A stretch of 63,737 nt of DNA, filler included, from Reclinomonas americana ATCC 50394 (GCA_048213135.1; 17 parts of 17 records of this genome joined end to end with filler, not necessarily neighbours in it); one strand, 5' to 3'; positions 13,366 to 23,999 are shown, counted from the first letter of the whole stretch. The notes: generated by a model from the letters alone, not told the origin. Made by a program: numbers and translations.

Positions 13366-13400
13366 TTGATTTCGTATATGAAAATTGATTTCATATACGA
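13366..13400. promoter_or_regulatory. Candidate transcription-factor operator upstream of dctQ
   Basis: Perfect 12-bp inverted repeat TCGTATATGAAA-N5-TTTCATATACGA (13372-13400), also readable as two TTGATTTCRTATAYGA direct repeats. It is an AT-rich island in GC-rich DNA. Confidence 0.7.
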
Positions 13401-13442
13401 GAGAGGCGCTCGACGAGAACGGCGTCCCAATCGGAGGCGCCC

Positions 13443-13913
13443 TTGCATATCCTCGCCACCACCTATCGGGCGCTGCTGATCGCGCTCGTGGCGCTTATCG
13501 TCGCGATCGTCGCGATCGCGGTCATCTTCCGCTATGTGCTCAACACGCCGCTGATCTTCAGCTTCGACCTGGCGACGATCCTGTTCGTCTGGCTGGTCTT
13601 CCTCGGGCTCGCGCCGGCGGCGCATGAAGGCTCGCACATGGCGGTCGATCTCTTCACCGCCATGCTGCCGGAGGGGATCGCCAAGGCGCTGGCGGTGATC
13701 GTGCGACTGCTGATGATCGCCATCGCCTTGTTCCTGATCCGCCATTCCTGGGATCTTGCCATGCGCACCCGCATGGAGATCGCCTCGATGCGGATCTCGA
13801 TGATCTGGGTCTACATGGCGATGCCGGTCGGCTTTGCCGTCTTCGCGGCCTACGAGGCCTGGGCGCTGGCGATGAGCGCACTCGGCCGCTCGGTCGGGAG
13901 GCATGCGCCATGA
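13443..13913 (+). CDS. dctQ: TRAP transporter small permease
   Basis: VIFRYVLNTPL...FVWLVFLG...HMAVD and WVYMAMPVG; four TM helices; GGAGG RBS before a TTG start. Confidence 0.9.
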   Translation: MHILATTYRALLIALVALIVAIVAIAVIFRYVLNTPLIFSFDLATILFVWLVFLGLAPAAHEGSHMAVDLFTAMLPEGIAKALAVIVRLLMIAIALFLIRHSWDLAMRTRMEIASMRISMIWVYMAMPVGFAVFAAYEAWALAMSALGRSVGRHAP

Positions 13914-15181
13914 GCCCGAGCGCACTCCTTGGCGTCTTCCTGTCGCTCACCGTCATCGGCCTGCCGATCGCCTTCGTACTGCTCGGCACCGGCATCGCGA
14001 TGACGCTGGCTGACCCCGACATCCTCGAGGTCGCCTATATCCAGAACGTCATCGTCGGCACGCAATCGTTCCCGCTGATCGCGATCCCGCTCTTCATCCT
14101 CGCCGGCGAATTGATGAACATCTCCGGCATCACCCGCCGGCTGATGGATTTCGCCCAGGCGCTGACGGCGAACATGATCGGCGGCCTCGCCCAGGTGAAC
14201 ATCGTGCTGTCGACGCTGAAGGCCGGCATGATGGGCTCGGCCAATGCCGATGCCGCGATGGACGCCAAGACCCTCGTGCCCGAGATGGTCAATCGCGGCT
14301 ACAGCCCGGCCTATGCCTCGGTGGTAACCGCGGCCTCGGCCCTGATCGCGCCGATGATCCCGCCCGGCATCGGCCTCATCCTCTACGGCTTCGTCACCGA
14401 CACCTCGATCGGGCAGCTCTTCATGGCCGGCATCCTGCCCGGCCTGATCATGACGGTGGCGATGATGGCGATGTCGCACTGGGTCGCCAAGCGCCGCGGC
14501 TATGGCCGTGACAGCGAACCGGTCGACCGCGGACAGATGTGGCGCACCTTCTTCGGCTCGGTGCCGGCGCTGCTGATGCCCGTCATCATCGTGCTCGGCA
14601 TCCGTGGCGGCATCTTCACCGCCTCGGAGGCCGGCGCCGTCGCCGTGGTCTATTCGCTGATCTTCTGCGTGCTCTATCGCGAATGCGGCTGGAAGGACCT
14701 TGCCGACGCGCTGGCTTCGACGGCCTCGACGACCAGCGTGATCATGATCGTGCTGGCGGCCTCTGCGGCACTGAGCTGGACCCTGTCCTTCGAGCAATTG
14801 CCGCAAAAGGTCGCCGAGATGCTGGTCGACAGCTCCTCGAACCAGCTCTCGCTCTTCCTGATTGTCGCCGTGCTGCTGCTGATCGCCGGCATGTTCGTCG
14901 AAGGCACGGCGCTGATCCTGATCCTGGCGCCGATGTTCGCGCCGGCGGCGGCCAAGCTGAACGTCGACCCGGTCCATTTCGGCATCTTCTTCGTCTACAT
15001 GATCCATCTGGGCGGCATCACGCCGCCGGTCGGAACGATCATGTTCACGACCTGCGCGATCACGCGCGTGCCGCTGCAGGACTTCATCCGGGAATCGCTG
15101 CCCTGGCTCGTGATGCTGCTCGGCATCGCGGCGCTGATCGCCGCCGTCCCCGGCACCGCAACCTGGCTCGGCTATCTCTGA
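13910..15181 (+). CDS. dctM: TRAP transporter large permease
   Basis: SFPLIAIPLFILAGELMN, GGLAQVNI, GSANADAA, IPPGI, GIFTASEAG, DPVHFG and ITPPVG. It is followed by an RBS and 'AT' at the contig end (probable start of the next gene, perhaps dctP). Confidence 0.94.
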   Translation: MSPSALLGVFLSLTVIGLPIAFVLLGTGIAMTLADPDILEVAYIQNVIVGTQSFPLIAIPLFILAGELMNISGITRRLMDFAQALTANMIGGLAQVNIVLSTLKAGMMGSANADAAMDAKTLVPEMVNRGYSPAYASVVTAASALIAPMIPPGIGLILYGFVTDTSIGQLFMAGILPGLIMTVAMMAMSHWVAKRRGYGRDSEPVDRGQMWRTFFGSVPALLMPVIIVLGIRGGIFTASEAGAVAVVYSLIFCVLYRECGWKDLADALASTASTTSVIMIVLAASAALSWTLSFEQLPQKVAEMLVDSSSNQLSLFLIVAVLLLIAGMFVEGTALILILAPMFAPAAAKLNVDPVHFGIFFVYMIHLGGITPPVGTIMFTTCAITRVPLQDFIRESLPWLVMLLGIAALIAAVPGTATWLGYL

Positions 15182-15318
15182 ACGACCACAAGAACGACAG
15201 AACGGGAGGAAGACCAATNNNNNNNNNNNNNNNNNNNNNNNNNNNNNNNNNNNNNNNNNNNNTTAATTAATTAANNNNNNNNNNNNNNNNNNNNNNNNNN
15301 NNNNNNNNNNNNNNNNNN

Positions 15319-15755
15319 AGGTCGATGCGCCTCGGCCGATGCATTATGCGGTCAGGCTCGGGGCGCAATTCCCGCTGGCCGAGACGAGCTCCGGCGCAGT
15401 GCTGTTCGCCTATCAGCCGGAGCATCACCGGCAGGCGCTGCTCGATGCGAGCATCGCTTCCTTCCCCGAGCTGGCCGAGACCTTGCCCGAACGCGCGCGG
15501 AAGGTGCTCGCCGAAGGCGGCGAGCGCCGCGAGAGCCTCGTCGTCTCCGGCGTGACCAATCTCAGCCAGCCGGTCTTCGACCATCGCGGCGTCATCGCCG
15601 CCTGCCTCACCATCCCGTTCCTCGCCCAGAAGGGCCTTTCCGTCGATGTCGACGCGGCGGAACGGGCCGTCATCGCAACGGCGGCCGGAATCTCGGCCGC
15701 GCTCGGCTGGCGCGACCCGCGCCAGGCTACCGACAATGAAGGAGAAGCCGCATGA
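15319..15755 (+). CDS. IclR-family transcriptional regulator, C-terminal effector-binding domain (5' truncated)
   Basis: VRLGAQFPLAETSSGAVLFA and SLVVSGVTNLSQPVFDHRGVIAACLTI are typical of the IclR effector domain. Confidence 0.82.
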
Positions 15756-16975
15756 GCGGAGCGCTCTCGGGACTGCGCGTCCTCGATTTCAGCCACCTGC
15801 TGTTCGGCCCCTTCGCCACGCAGATGCTCGGCGATCTCGGCGCCGACGTGATCAAGGTCGAGCGGCCGGTCAGTGGCGACCTCTATCGGGACCTGCCGCC
15901 CTTCTTCAATCGGAAGGTCGGCGACTTCGAGAATCCGAGCTTCCTCGCCTGGAACCGCAACAAGCGCTCGCTCGCGGTCGATCTGAAGAACCCCGAGGGC
16001 AAGAAGTTGCTGCAGGACATCGCCGCCACCGCCGACGTCTTCGTCCAGAACTTCCGTCCGGGCGTGCTCGACCGGCTCGGCTTCGGCTATGAGGAACTGT
16101 CCCGCATCAATCCGCGGCTGATCTATTGCTCCGGCTCCGGCTATGGCGAGAGCGGCCCCTATCTCGAACGCCCCGGCCAGGACCTGCTGCTGCAGGGCCT
16201 CTCCGGCATCATGTCGATGACGGGCCGGGCCGGCGTCTCGCCGACGCCGCTCGGCGTCGCCATCGCCGACCAGCTCGGCTCCTACCACATGATCTACGGC
16301 ATCCTTGCCGCGCTCTACCATCGCGAGAAGACCGGCCGCGGCCAGAAGGTCGAGGTCGACCTGTTCCGGGCGCTGATCGCGCACCAGACCCAGGAATTCG
16401 TGACGACGCTCAACACCGGCCGCGTCTTCGAACGCCCAAGTTCGGGCATCGCCCATCCCGGCATGCCGGCACCTTTCGGCGTCTACCAGACCAGGGACGG
16501 TTTCCTCAACATCGCGATGAATCCCTTCGCCAAGCTGGTCGAGGCGCTGGAAGCGCCTGAGCTTGCTCGCTTCGACGATGCAGAGGCGCTGTTCGACCGG
16601 CGTGACGAGGCGCATGCAGCGATCGAGGCGGTGACGCAGACGCGCACGACTGCGGCCTGGATGGAGCGGCTGCTTGCCTTCGACCTCTGGTGCGGCGAGG
16701 TGCTGCGCCAGGAGGAGGTCCCGGACGATCCGCAGGTGAAGCACATGGACGCCTTCACCTCCTACCAGCATCCGGTGATCGGCGAGGTGAAGACGGTCAA
16801 TGTGCCGATCACCCTCTCCGAGACCCCCGGCAAGGTCGAGCGCCACGCGCCGATGGTCGGCGAGCACACGGTCGAGATCCTCGCCGAACTCGGCTTCGAC
16901 GGCGAGCGCATCGCGGCGCTGCGCGCCTCCGGCGCGGTCTGGGTCCACCCCAAGGCGGATGCGGCAGCGGCATGA
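15752..16975 (+). CDS. Class III CoA transferase (CaiB/BaiF family)
   Basis: LSGLRVLDFS, GPFATQMLGDLGADVIKVE, NRNKRSL, ADVFVQNFRPG, NPRLIYCS and GEHTVEIL. Confidence 0.95.
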   Translation: MSGALSGLRVLDFSHLLFGPFATQMLGDLGADVIKVERPVSGDLYRDLPPFFNRKVGDFENPSFLAWNRNKRSLAVDLKNPEGKKLLQDIAATADVFVQNFRPGVLDRLGFGYEELSRINPRLIYCSGSGYGESGPYLERPGQDLLLQGLSGIMSMTGRAGVSPTPLGVAIADQLGSYHMIYGILAALYHREKTGRGQKVEVDLFRALIAHQTQEFVTTLNTGRVFERPSSGIAHPGMPAPFGVYQTRDGFLNIAMNPFAKLVEALEAPELARFDDAEALFDRRDEAHAAIEAVTQTRTTAAWMERLLAFDLWCGEVLRQEEVPDDPQVKHMDAFTSYQHPVIGEVKTVNVPITLSETPGKVERHAPMVGEHTVEILAELGFDGERIAALRASGAVWVHPKADAAAA

Positions 16976-17569
16976 CCACGAGCTCGATCACGGTCGAGCG
17001 GCGCGGTACCGTCGCGCTGCTCACCTTCGCACGACCCGACCAGCTCAACGCCATGAGCGGTGCCATGGTCGAAGAGATCGTGGCGGCGATCGCCAATACC
17101 GAGCGTGACGACACAGCCCGAGCCCTCGTGCTGCGCGGCGCCGGCGGCAACTTCATGGCCGGGGCCGACATCAAGGCCTACGCGCAGCAATCAGCCGAGG
17201 CGTTCCGCGATTTCCAGGAAAGCGCCGGCCGCATCTACGGCGCGCTCGAAAGCCTGGCCAAGCCGGTGATCGCGGCGATCGAGGGCTACGCGCTCGGCGG
17301 CGGCTTCGAGATCGCACTCTCGGCCGACCTCATCGTCGCGCATCCGGACGCAAAGCTAGGCCTGCCCGAGGTCAAACTCGGGCTCGTCCCGGGCGGCGGC
17401 GGGACACAGCGGCTCGCCCGCAAGCTCGGCCCCAATCGGGCCGCCGAACTGCTGATGACCGGCCGCTTCGCCAGTGCGCAAGAGATGGCGAACTGGGGCG
17501 TGGTCAACCGCATCGCCGAGGACACGCTTGGCGAGGCGCTGGCGTTGGCCGAGCAGATGGCGCGCCATC
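16972..17569 (+). CDS. Enoyl-CoA hydratase/isomerase (crotonase) family (3' truncated)
   Basis: FMAGADIK, KPVIAAIEGYALGGGFEIAL and LGLPEVKLGLVPGGGGTQRL; ATGA overlap with the CoA transferase. Confidence 0.93.
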
Positions 17570-17669
17570 NNNNNNNNNNNNNNNNNNNNNNNNNNNNNNN
17601 NNNNNNNNNNNNNTTAATTAATTAANNNNNNNNNNNNNNNNNNNNNNNNNNNNNNNNNNNNNNNNNNNN

Positions 17670-17969
17670 GGTCAGGCCATTGAGGAAGCCGGGGTGCCGA
17701 AAACGGTGAGGCAGATACCGGGGTTTCTTGGTGAGGAAGCCGGCGATCGAGGCGGCATAGCCGGCGTTCTGCTCGTGGCGGAACGAGAGCACGCGGATGC
17801 CAGCCGCCTGGGCCATGCGGCCGAAGTCGGTGATCGGAATCCCCGGCACGCCATAGATCGTATCGAGACCGTTGAGCTTCAGCGCATCGATGATGAGGTT
17901 GAAGCCGTCGGTCAGTTCGCGCTCCGTTTCGGGCGCGGCAGAAGAGATGCTTTGTACGACTGCGGACAT
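17670..17969 (-). CDS. oxc: Oxalyl-CoA decarboxylase, N-terminal fragment (3' truncated; homopolymer errors near the contig end)
   Basis: [30 protein letters not shown]...[21 protein letters not shown](GICLTVSA)PGFLNGLT is the recognisable Oxc N-terminus. Confidence 0.92.
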
Positions 17970-18030
17970 CCCGCTTTCTCCCTAGTCGATTGTTTCTTAT
18001 GGTAATTTTTGCTGTTGATCTTGGTCCGGC

Positions 18031-18717
18031 TCAGTCGAGCTGGACGAATTGCTCGACGTGCTGGCGCAGCTTGAGCGTATGCTCGCGCACCAGGCGCTCG
18101 GCGCGTTCACCGTTGCGGGTCTCCAGGGCCTCGATGATCTCCTTGTGATCGACGATCGAACGGCGGGCCCGATCCCTCTCGAAGATCGTGCGCTGGCGAA
18201 TGCCGCGCACATGCGTGAACAGGCCGTTGGTGATCTCGGCGATGAGCTTGCAGCCAGAGAGCGCGATGATCGCCGCGTGGAAGCGGATATTGGCGTCGGA
18301 ATACTCGCCCATATGCTCTTCGATCGCGTCACTGTCGAAGGTGTCGACGAGGCCGTGCAGCCTGGCGATCTCGGCATCGGAAGCGACTTCGGTGGCGAGC
18401 CGGGCAGCCATGCTCTCGAGCGCGGCCCAGACCGTGATCATCTCGAGAATCTCAGCCTTGGTCTTGCGCACGATGAAGATGCCGCGGCGCGGTGCGATCC
18501 TGACCAGCCCCTCCTGCTCGAGCTGGGCGAGGGCCTCGCGCAACGGCGTGCGGCTGACACCGAACTGAAGCGACAGCGCACGTTCGTCGAGCCGAAGCTC
18601 TGCGCCCGCATCGTAAATCTTCATCGCGCCGATCGCGACCTTCAGCGCCTCGTAGGTACGGCTCTTGAGGCTCTGAACCTCCTCGATCGGCTGAATTTCA
18701 AGCTGTGCCTTGATCAT
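18031..18717 (-). CDS. GntR-family (FCD domain) transcriptional regulator
   Basis: HTH RLDERALSLQFGVSRTPLREALAQLEQEGLV; FCD motifs NIRFH and SIVDHKEIIEAL. The start MIKAQ was chosen over the longer ORF. Confidence 0.92.
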   Translation of the reverse strand: MIKAQLEIQPIEEVQSLKSRTYEALKVAIGAMKIYDAGAELRLDERALSLQFGVSRTPLREALAQLEQEGLVRIAPRRGIFIVRKTKAEILEMITVWAALESMAARLATEVASDAEIARLHGLVDTFDSDAIEEHMGEYSDANIRFHAAIIALSGCKLIAEITNGLFTHVRGIRQRTIFERDRARRSIVDHKEIIEALETRNGERAERLVREHTLKLRQHVEQFVQLD

Positions 18718-18790
18718 TGCGACGTCGATTTCCGTTTTGCCTTGTCCGAGATCCGCCCGTCCGCAGCACGCGTCACAGGGTGGTGGTTTC

Positions 18791-18885
18791 TGGCATACCA
18801 TATAACGAAAGAAATGACCACGCAACGGCCGAAACCAAGCAATTACTATGCTGCAGCGCATCCAAATATGGCATATTGCATGCCA
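18791..18885. promoter_or_regulatory. Candidate GntR operators in the divergent gntR/tctA intergenic region
   Basis: TGGCATACCA near-palindrome (18791-18800) and TGGCAT-N5-ATGCCA palindrome (18869-18885). Confidence 0.55.
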
Positions 18886-18983
18886 CAAAGTTTCATCCTA
18901 GGCTAACTCAAACAAGGCCAGTCAGCTCTGCGTTGGTCATTGCGCGGTCCCTGAACAAGGCCATTTTATGGGGACGAAGCGCT

Positions 18984-20498
18984 ATGGATGAACTGAACGC
19001 CCTGTTCGGCGGATTCGCCGTCGCTCTCAGCGCCTACCACATCCTGCTCATGGTCATCGGCATCACGCTTGGTGTCGTCATCGGTGTTCTGCCAGGCCTC
19101 GGCGGCGCCAATGGCGTGGCCATTCTCTTGCCCCTGACCTTCACCATGCCGCCGACCTCGGCGATCATCCTATTGACCAGCATCTATTGGGGCGCGCTGT
19201 TCGGTGGCGCCATCACCTCGATCCTCTTCAATATTCCCGGCGAGCCTTGGTCGGTGGCGACGACTTTCGACGGGCATCCGATGGCGCAAAACGGCAAGGC
19301 GGACGAGGCGCTGGTCGGCGCCTTCACGGCCTCCTTCGTCGGCGCGATCTTCGCGGTCTGCCTGATCACCTTCCTCGCGCCGGTGGTCGCGAAATTCGCC
19401 TTGAAGTTCGGTCCTGCCGAGTTCTTCGCGGTGCAATTCCTCACCTTCGCCAGCTTCATCGGCATGGGTCGGGGCTCACCGTTCAAGACGATCGCCTCGA
19501 TGTGCCTCGGCTTCGCGCTCGCCTCCGTCGGCCTGGACGGCGTCACCGGCACGCTCAGGATGACCTTCGGGCAGGACGAGCTGCTGAACGGCTTCAAGTT
19601 CCTCGTCGCCGTCATCGGCCTGTTCGGCATCGGCGAGATCCTCTGCTCGATGGAGGACGGGCTGAAATTCAACGGCGCCGCCGCCAAGCTGCGCATGGAC
19701 GCTGTCATCCGCACCTGGAAACAGCTGCCCGGAATGTGGCTGACCTTTCTGCGCAGCTGCATCGTCGGCTGCTGGATGGGCATCACCCCGGGTGGGGCGA
19801 CACCGGCCTCCTTCATGGGCTATGGCATCGCCAAGCGCCTGTCGAAGCGGGGCGACAATTTCGGCAAGGGCGAGCTCGAGGGCGTGGTGGCGCCGGAGAC
19901 GGCCGCCCACGCCGCCGGCACCGCCGCCCTGCTGCCGATGCTGACGCTCGGCATCCCGGGCTCGCCGACCGCAGCGGTGCTGCTTGGCGGCTTGCTGATC
20001 TGGGGCCTGCAGCCCGGCCCGCTGCTCTTTGTCGAGCAGAAGGACTTCGTCTGGGGCCTGATCGCCTCGATGTATCTCGGCAACGTCGTCGGCCTGATCA
20101 TGGTGCTGACCTGCGTGCCCTTCTTCGCCGCGATCCTGCGTGTACCTTTCTCGATCATCGCGCCGGCCATCGTCTTCGTCTGTGCCATCGGTGCCTTCAC
20201 CGTGAACAACGCGATGTTCGATGTCTGGATGATGCTGGTCTTCGGCGTGCTCGGCTATCTCTTCAACAAGCTGCGCTACCCGCTGCCGCCGCTGGTGCTG
20301 GCGCTCGTGCTCGGCGACCAGGCCGAGAGCTCCTTCCGCCAGGCCATGCTGGTCTCGCAGGGCAATGTCGGCGTGTTCTGGTCGAACTGGCTCTGCGGCG
20401 GGATCATGACGCTCGGCCTGGTGATGGCCTTCTGGCCGGCCCTGCAGGCGCTGCGCGCGAAACTCTCGAGCAACCACGCCGTCGCCCGCGCTGCCTGA
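18984..20498 (+). CDS. tctA: Tripartite tricarboxylate transporter permease
   Basis: GVLPGLGGANGVAILLP, ILFNIPGEP, TTFDGHPMA, GVVAPETAAHA and LTLGIPGS. Confidence 0.94.
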   Translation: MDELNALFGGFAVALSAYHILLMVIGITLGVVIGVLPGLGGANGVAILLPLTFTMPPTSAIILLTSIYWGALFGGAITSILFNIPGEPWSVATTFDGHPMAQNGKADEALVGAFTASFVGAIFAVCLITFLAPVVAKFALKFGPAEFFAVQFLTFASFIGMGRGSPFKTIASMCLGFALASVGLDGVTGTLRMTFGQDELLNGFKFLVAVIGLFGIGEILCSMEDGLKFNGAAAKLRMDAVIRTWKQLPGMWLTFLRSCIVGCWMGITPGGATPASFMGYGIAKRLSKRGDNFGKGELEGVVAPETAAHAAGTAALLPMLTLGIPGSPTAAVLLGGLLIWGLQPGPLLFVEQKDFVWGLIASMYLGNVVGLIMVLTCVPFFAAILRVPFSIIAPAIVFVCAIGAFTVNNAMFDVWMMLVFGVLGYLFNKLRYPLPPLVLALVLGDQAESSFRQAMLVSQGNVGVFWSNWLCGGIMTLGLVMAFWPALQALRAKLSSNHAVARAA

Positions 20499-20580
20499 AG
20501 CCGCGCGGGCCGGTTCCCGCAACATAGTCGCCTTCATGACTTTACCAACGCGGCAACAAAGCCGCCTCAAGGGAGGAAGC

Positions 20581-21558
20581 GTGATGATCCGGACGGGAGT
20601 GTCCAAGACCAGGACAATTGCGGCAACGCTGGCGGCGAGCGCCTGCCTGACCTCGCCAGCCTGGGCGCAGCAGAAGTGGGAACCGAGCAAGCCCGTGACG
20701 CTGGTTATCCCGGCAGGCACCGGTGGCGGTGCCGATCAGATGGCGCGCTTCATCCAGGGCGTCGTCCAGAAGCACAATCTGATGAAGCAGCCGCTGATCG
20801 TGATCAACAAGGCCGGCGGCGCGGGCGCCGAAGGCTTCCTGGAGATGAAGGCCAGCGCCAACGATCCGCACAAGATCGCGATCACCCTGTCGAACCTGTT
20901 CACGACCCCGCTCGGAACCGGTTCGCCCTTCAACTGGAAGGACATGAAACCGGTCGCGATGCTGGCGCTCGACCAGTTCATCCTCTGGACGAACAGCGAG
21001 AAGCCCTACAAGACGGCGAAGGATTACATCGATGCGGTGAAAGCCGGCGATGACCGCCAGTTCAAGATGGGTGGCACCGGCTCGAAGCAGGAAGACCAGA
21101 TCGTAACGGCGGCGGTCGAGCTGCAGACGGGCGGCAAGAAGTTCACCTATGTGCCCTATGCCGGCGGCGGCCAGGTCGCCGTGCAACTCGTCGGCAATCA
21201 TGTCGACTCGACCGTGAATAATCCGATCGAGGCCGTCGGCCAATGGCGAGCCGGGCAGTTGCGCCCGCTCTGCATCTTCGATGCACAGCGCTCGACCTAC
21301 ACCGCCAAGGTCACCGAGAAGGAAGCCTGGAGCGACATCCCGACCTGCAAGGAATCGGGCCTGCCGGTCGAGTACCAGATGCTGCGCGGCATCTTCACCA
21401 CCAAGAATACCAAGCCCGAGCAGATCGCCTTCTATGTCGACCTGCTGAAGAAGGTGATGGCGACGCCGGATTGGAAAGAGTTCATGGAGAAGGGAGCCTT
21501 CAACCAGACCTTCATGAGCGGCCCTGAGTTCGAGAAATGGCTCACCAGTGCCGAGACT
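20581..21558 (+). CDS. tctC: Tripartite tricarboxylate transporter substrate-binding protein, Bug/TctC (3' truncated)
   Basis: Signal peptide ending AWA, PSKPVTLVIPAGTGGGAD, VINKAGGAG and VPYAGGG; GGAGG RBS. Confidence 0.92.
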
Positions 21559-21658
21559 NNNNNNNNNNNNNNNNNNNNNNNNNNNNNNNNNNNNNNNNNN
21601 NNTTAATTAATTAANNNNNNNNNNNNNNNNNNNNNNNNNNNNNNNNNNNNNNNNNNNN

Positions 21659-22559
21659 CGTCGGCATGTCGATCATCGGTTTTGCCCGCTCGACCAAGAT
21701 GGGCGTCTCCTCGATCGTCGGCCTCGGCAACAAGTCGGACCTCGACGAGGACGACCTGCTGACCTTCTTCGAGCAGGATCCGAACACCTCCGTCATCGCC
21801 ATGCACTGCGAGGACCTGAAGGACGGCCGCGCCTTCTCCGAGGTCGCCGAGCGCGTCTCGAAGAAGAAGCCGGTGATCGTGCTCAAGGCCGGGCGCACCG
21901 CCTACGGGGCCAAGGCCGCCGCCTCGCATACCGGCGCGCTCGCCGGCAACGACAAGATCTATGACGACATCCTCAAGGCGTCCGGCGTCATCCGCGCCCC
22001 CTCGCTGCGCGGCATGCTCGAATATGCCCGCGGCGTGCAGGTCCTGCCGGCACCGAAGGGCGAGAACGTCCTGATCATCACCGGCGCCGGCGGCTCCGGC
22101 GTGCTGCTCTCGGACGCCTGCTTCGACAACGGCCTGACGCTGATGAAGATGCCGGACGATCTCGACGCGGCCTTCCGCAAGTTCATCCCGCCCTTCGGCG
22201 CCGCCGGCAATCCGGTCGACATCACCGGCGGCGAGCCGCCGCTGACCTACCAGAACACGGTCCGGCTCGGCCTCAACGACGAGCGCATCCATGCGCTCAT
22301 CCTCGGCTACTGGCACACGATCGTGACACCGCCGCTGGTCTTCGCCGACAAGATGATCGAGGTCGTCACCGAGGCCCGCGCCAAGGGCATCGACAAGCCG
22401 ATCGTGGCCTCGCTGGTCGGCGACGTCGAGGTCGAGAAGGCCTGCGAAAAGCTCTACGACCACGGCATCGTGGCCTATCCGTACACCACGGAGACGCCGG
22501 TCGAGGTGCTCGGCGCCAAGTACAAATGGGCGCGCGCCGCCGGCCTGATCAAGGGCTGA
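21659..22559 (+). CDS. NDP-forming acyl-CoA synthetase (acetate-CoA ligase family) alpha-like subunit (5' truncated)
   Basis: GLGNKSDLDE, KKPVIVLKAGRT, AAASHTGALAG (phospho-His), TGAGGSGVLLSD and NPVDITG. Confidence 0.9.
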
Positions 22560-22889
22560 ACGGCAGACCCCGACTCCGCCGACGCCCGGATTCCGTCCGC
22601 CGCCGGCCACACGCATCGCGTGATCGCCGCTCCCATCCGGCAGGAGGGAGCGGCCCTTGTGAAACCGTTCAAGGCTTCTGTTCCGAATGGCCGGCGCCTC
22701 GGAAAGGCCCGGTCGCTCTCCCCGAACTCNNNNNNNNNNNNNNNNNNNNNNNNNNNNNNNNNNNNNNNNNNNNTTAATTAATTAANNNNNNNNNNNNNNN
22801 NNNNNNNNNNNNNNNNNNNNNNNNNNNNNCGCTGATGGTTCCAGCGCACAGTCCGCCCTGCCTCATCCCGAGGCGGGGGAGAACTAGCC

Positions 22890-23333
22890 GTGATCGCTCG
22901 GGTGTCCGCTTTTGTCTTCGCTTGCCTCTTCGTCAGCGCTTCAGCAAGCGCGCAGCCTCGGCAGTTCGGCCCGGCGACCGGAACCGTCACGATCAACCAG
23001 CTGCAAGTCGCCTTCGTCGGCTCGGGCGCGATCGGCGGCGGCACGCTGCGCTTCAACAAGCACACTTACGAGATCACCGTCGGCGGCCTCGGCATCGGCG
23101 GCATAGGCGCCTCGCGCCTGACAGCGACAGGTTCAGTCTATCGCTTGACCAATGTCGAGGATTTCACCGGCGCCTATGTCCAGGTCCGCGAAGGCTGGGC
23201 GCTGGGTGATCAGGGCCGCGGCACGCTCTGGCTGCGCAATGCCAAGGGGGTGGTCATGCGACTCGCGACAAAGCGCCGGGGCCTGCAGCTCTCTCTCGGA
23301 GCCGATGGCGTCCTGATCGGCTTCAAGCAATAG
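22890..23333 (+). CDS. Exported glycine-rich beta protein, probably DUF1134/EipA-like
   Basis: Signal peptide (ASA cleavage); GSGAIGGGTL, GGLGIGG, GSVYRL...DFTGAY and LRNAKGVV recalled as an EipA-like pattern. Confidence 0.6.
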   Translation: MIARVSAFVFACLFVSASASAQPRQFGPATGTVTINQLQVAFVGSGAIGGGTLRFNKHTYEITVGGLGIGGIGASRLTATGSVYRLTNVEDFTGAYVQVREGWALGDQGRGTLWLRNAKGVVMRLATKRRGLQLSLGADGVLIGFKQ

Positions 23334-23438
23334 CCGCTGAGAGAAGGATTGCCGCTCGGGACGCCCGACAGCCTCGCCATTCCAGCGGGATTGCGGAAGG
23401 GACAAGGCCTCCTTTCCGCAAGCTCGCCGGCTGCATCA

Positions 23439-23999
23439 TCAGTTGCCTGGTGCATAGCGCAGGATCACCGTGCCGTTCTCGAGCGGCCGGCTCTCCAGCA
23501 GGTCGAGCTTCCGGCGCCCGCCACCGGCCTTGAAGAACGGCGTGCCCGCGCCTAGGCGGACCGGCACGAGCGCCAGCATCAGCTCGTCGACCTGATTTTC
23601 CTTGAGCAGCGTGTCACAGAGTTCCGCACTGCCGAAAACCAGGACATCCTTGCCCGACGCGGCCCGCAGCTTGGCGATCTCGCCGACGATATCGGCGGTG
23701 ACGCGGGTATTGTTCCAGTCCGAGCTTTGAATGCTGCGCGAGGCCACTAGCTTGGGCAGCGCGTTCATATAGCGCGTGACCTCGCTGTCCTCATTCGCAT
23801 TGGCCGAGGTCCAATAGGCCTTCATCCCGTCATGGGTGACGCGGCCGAAGACGAGGCATTGCGCCCGCTTGCCGAACTCCTTGCTGAGCGCATCGAGCTC
23901 CTCGCCCCAGGCGTCGTTGTGAAACGACAAGTCCCATTTCTCAGTGCCCTCGAAATAGCCGTCCAGCGTCACGAGATTCCAGACGATCACCTTGGCCAT
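23439..23999 (-). CDS. Dihydrofolate reductase-like / RibD C-terminal domain protein
   Basis: VTLDGYF, VFGRVT, PKLVASRS, GKDVLVFGSAEL and VDELML...PVRLGAGTPFF. Confidence 0.9.
   Translation of the reverse strand: MAKVIVWNLVTLDGYFEGTEKWDLSFHNDAWGEELDALSKEFGKRAQCLVFGRVTHDGMKAYWTSANANEDSEVTRYMNALPKLVASRSIQSSDWNNTRVTADIVGEIAKLRAASGKDVLVFGSAELCDTLLKENQVDELMLALVPVRLGAGTPFFKAGGGRRKLDLLESRPLENGTVILRYAPGN

Noticed and set aside
17670..17730. oxc as a frameshifted pseudogene or programmed frameshift
   Set aside because: Three single-base homopolymer expansions (CCCC, TTTT, CCCC) lie within 60 bp of a contig end. Removing them restores KPGICLTVSAPGFLNG, which is typical of read-end sequencing error.
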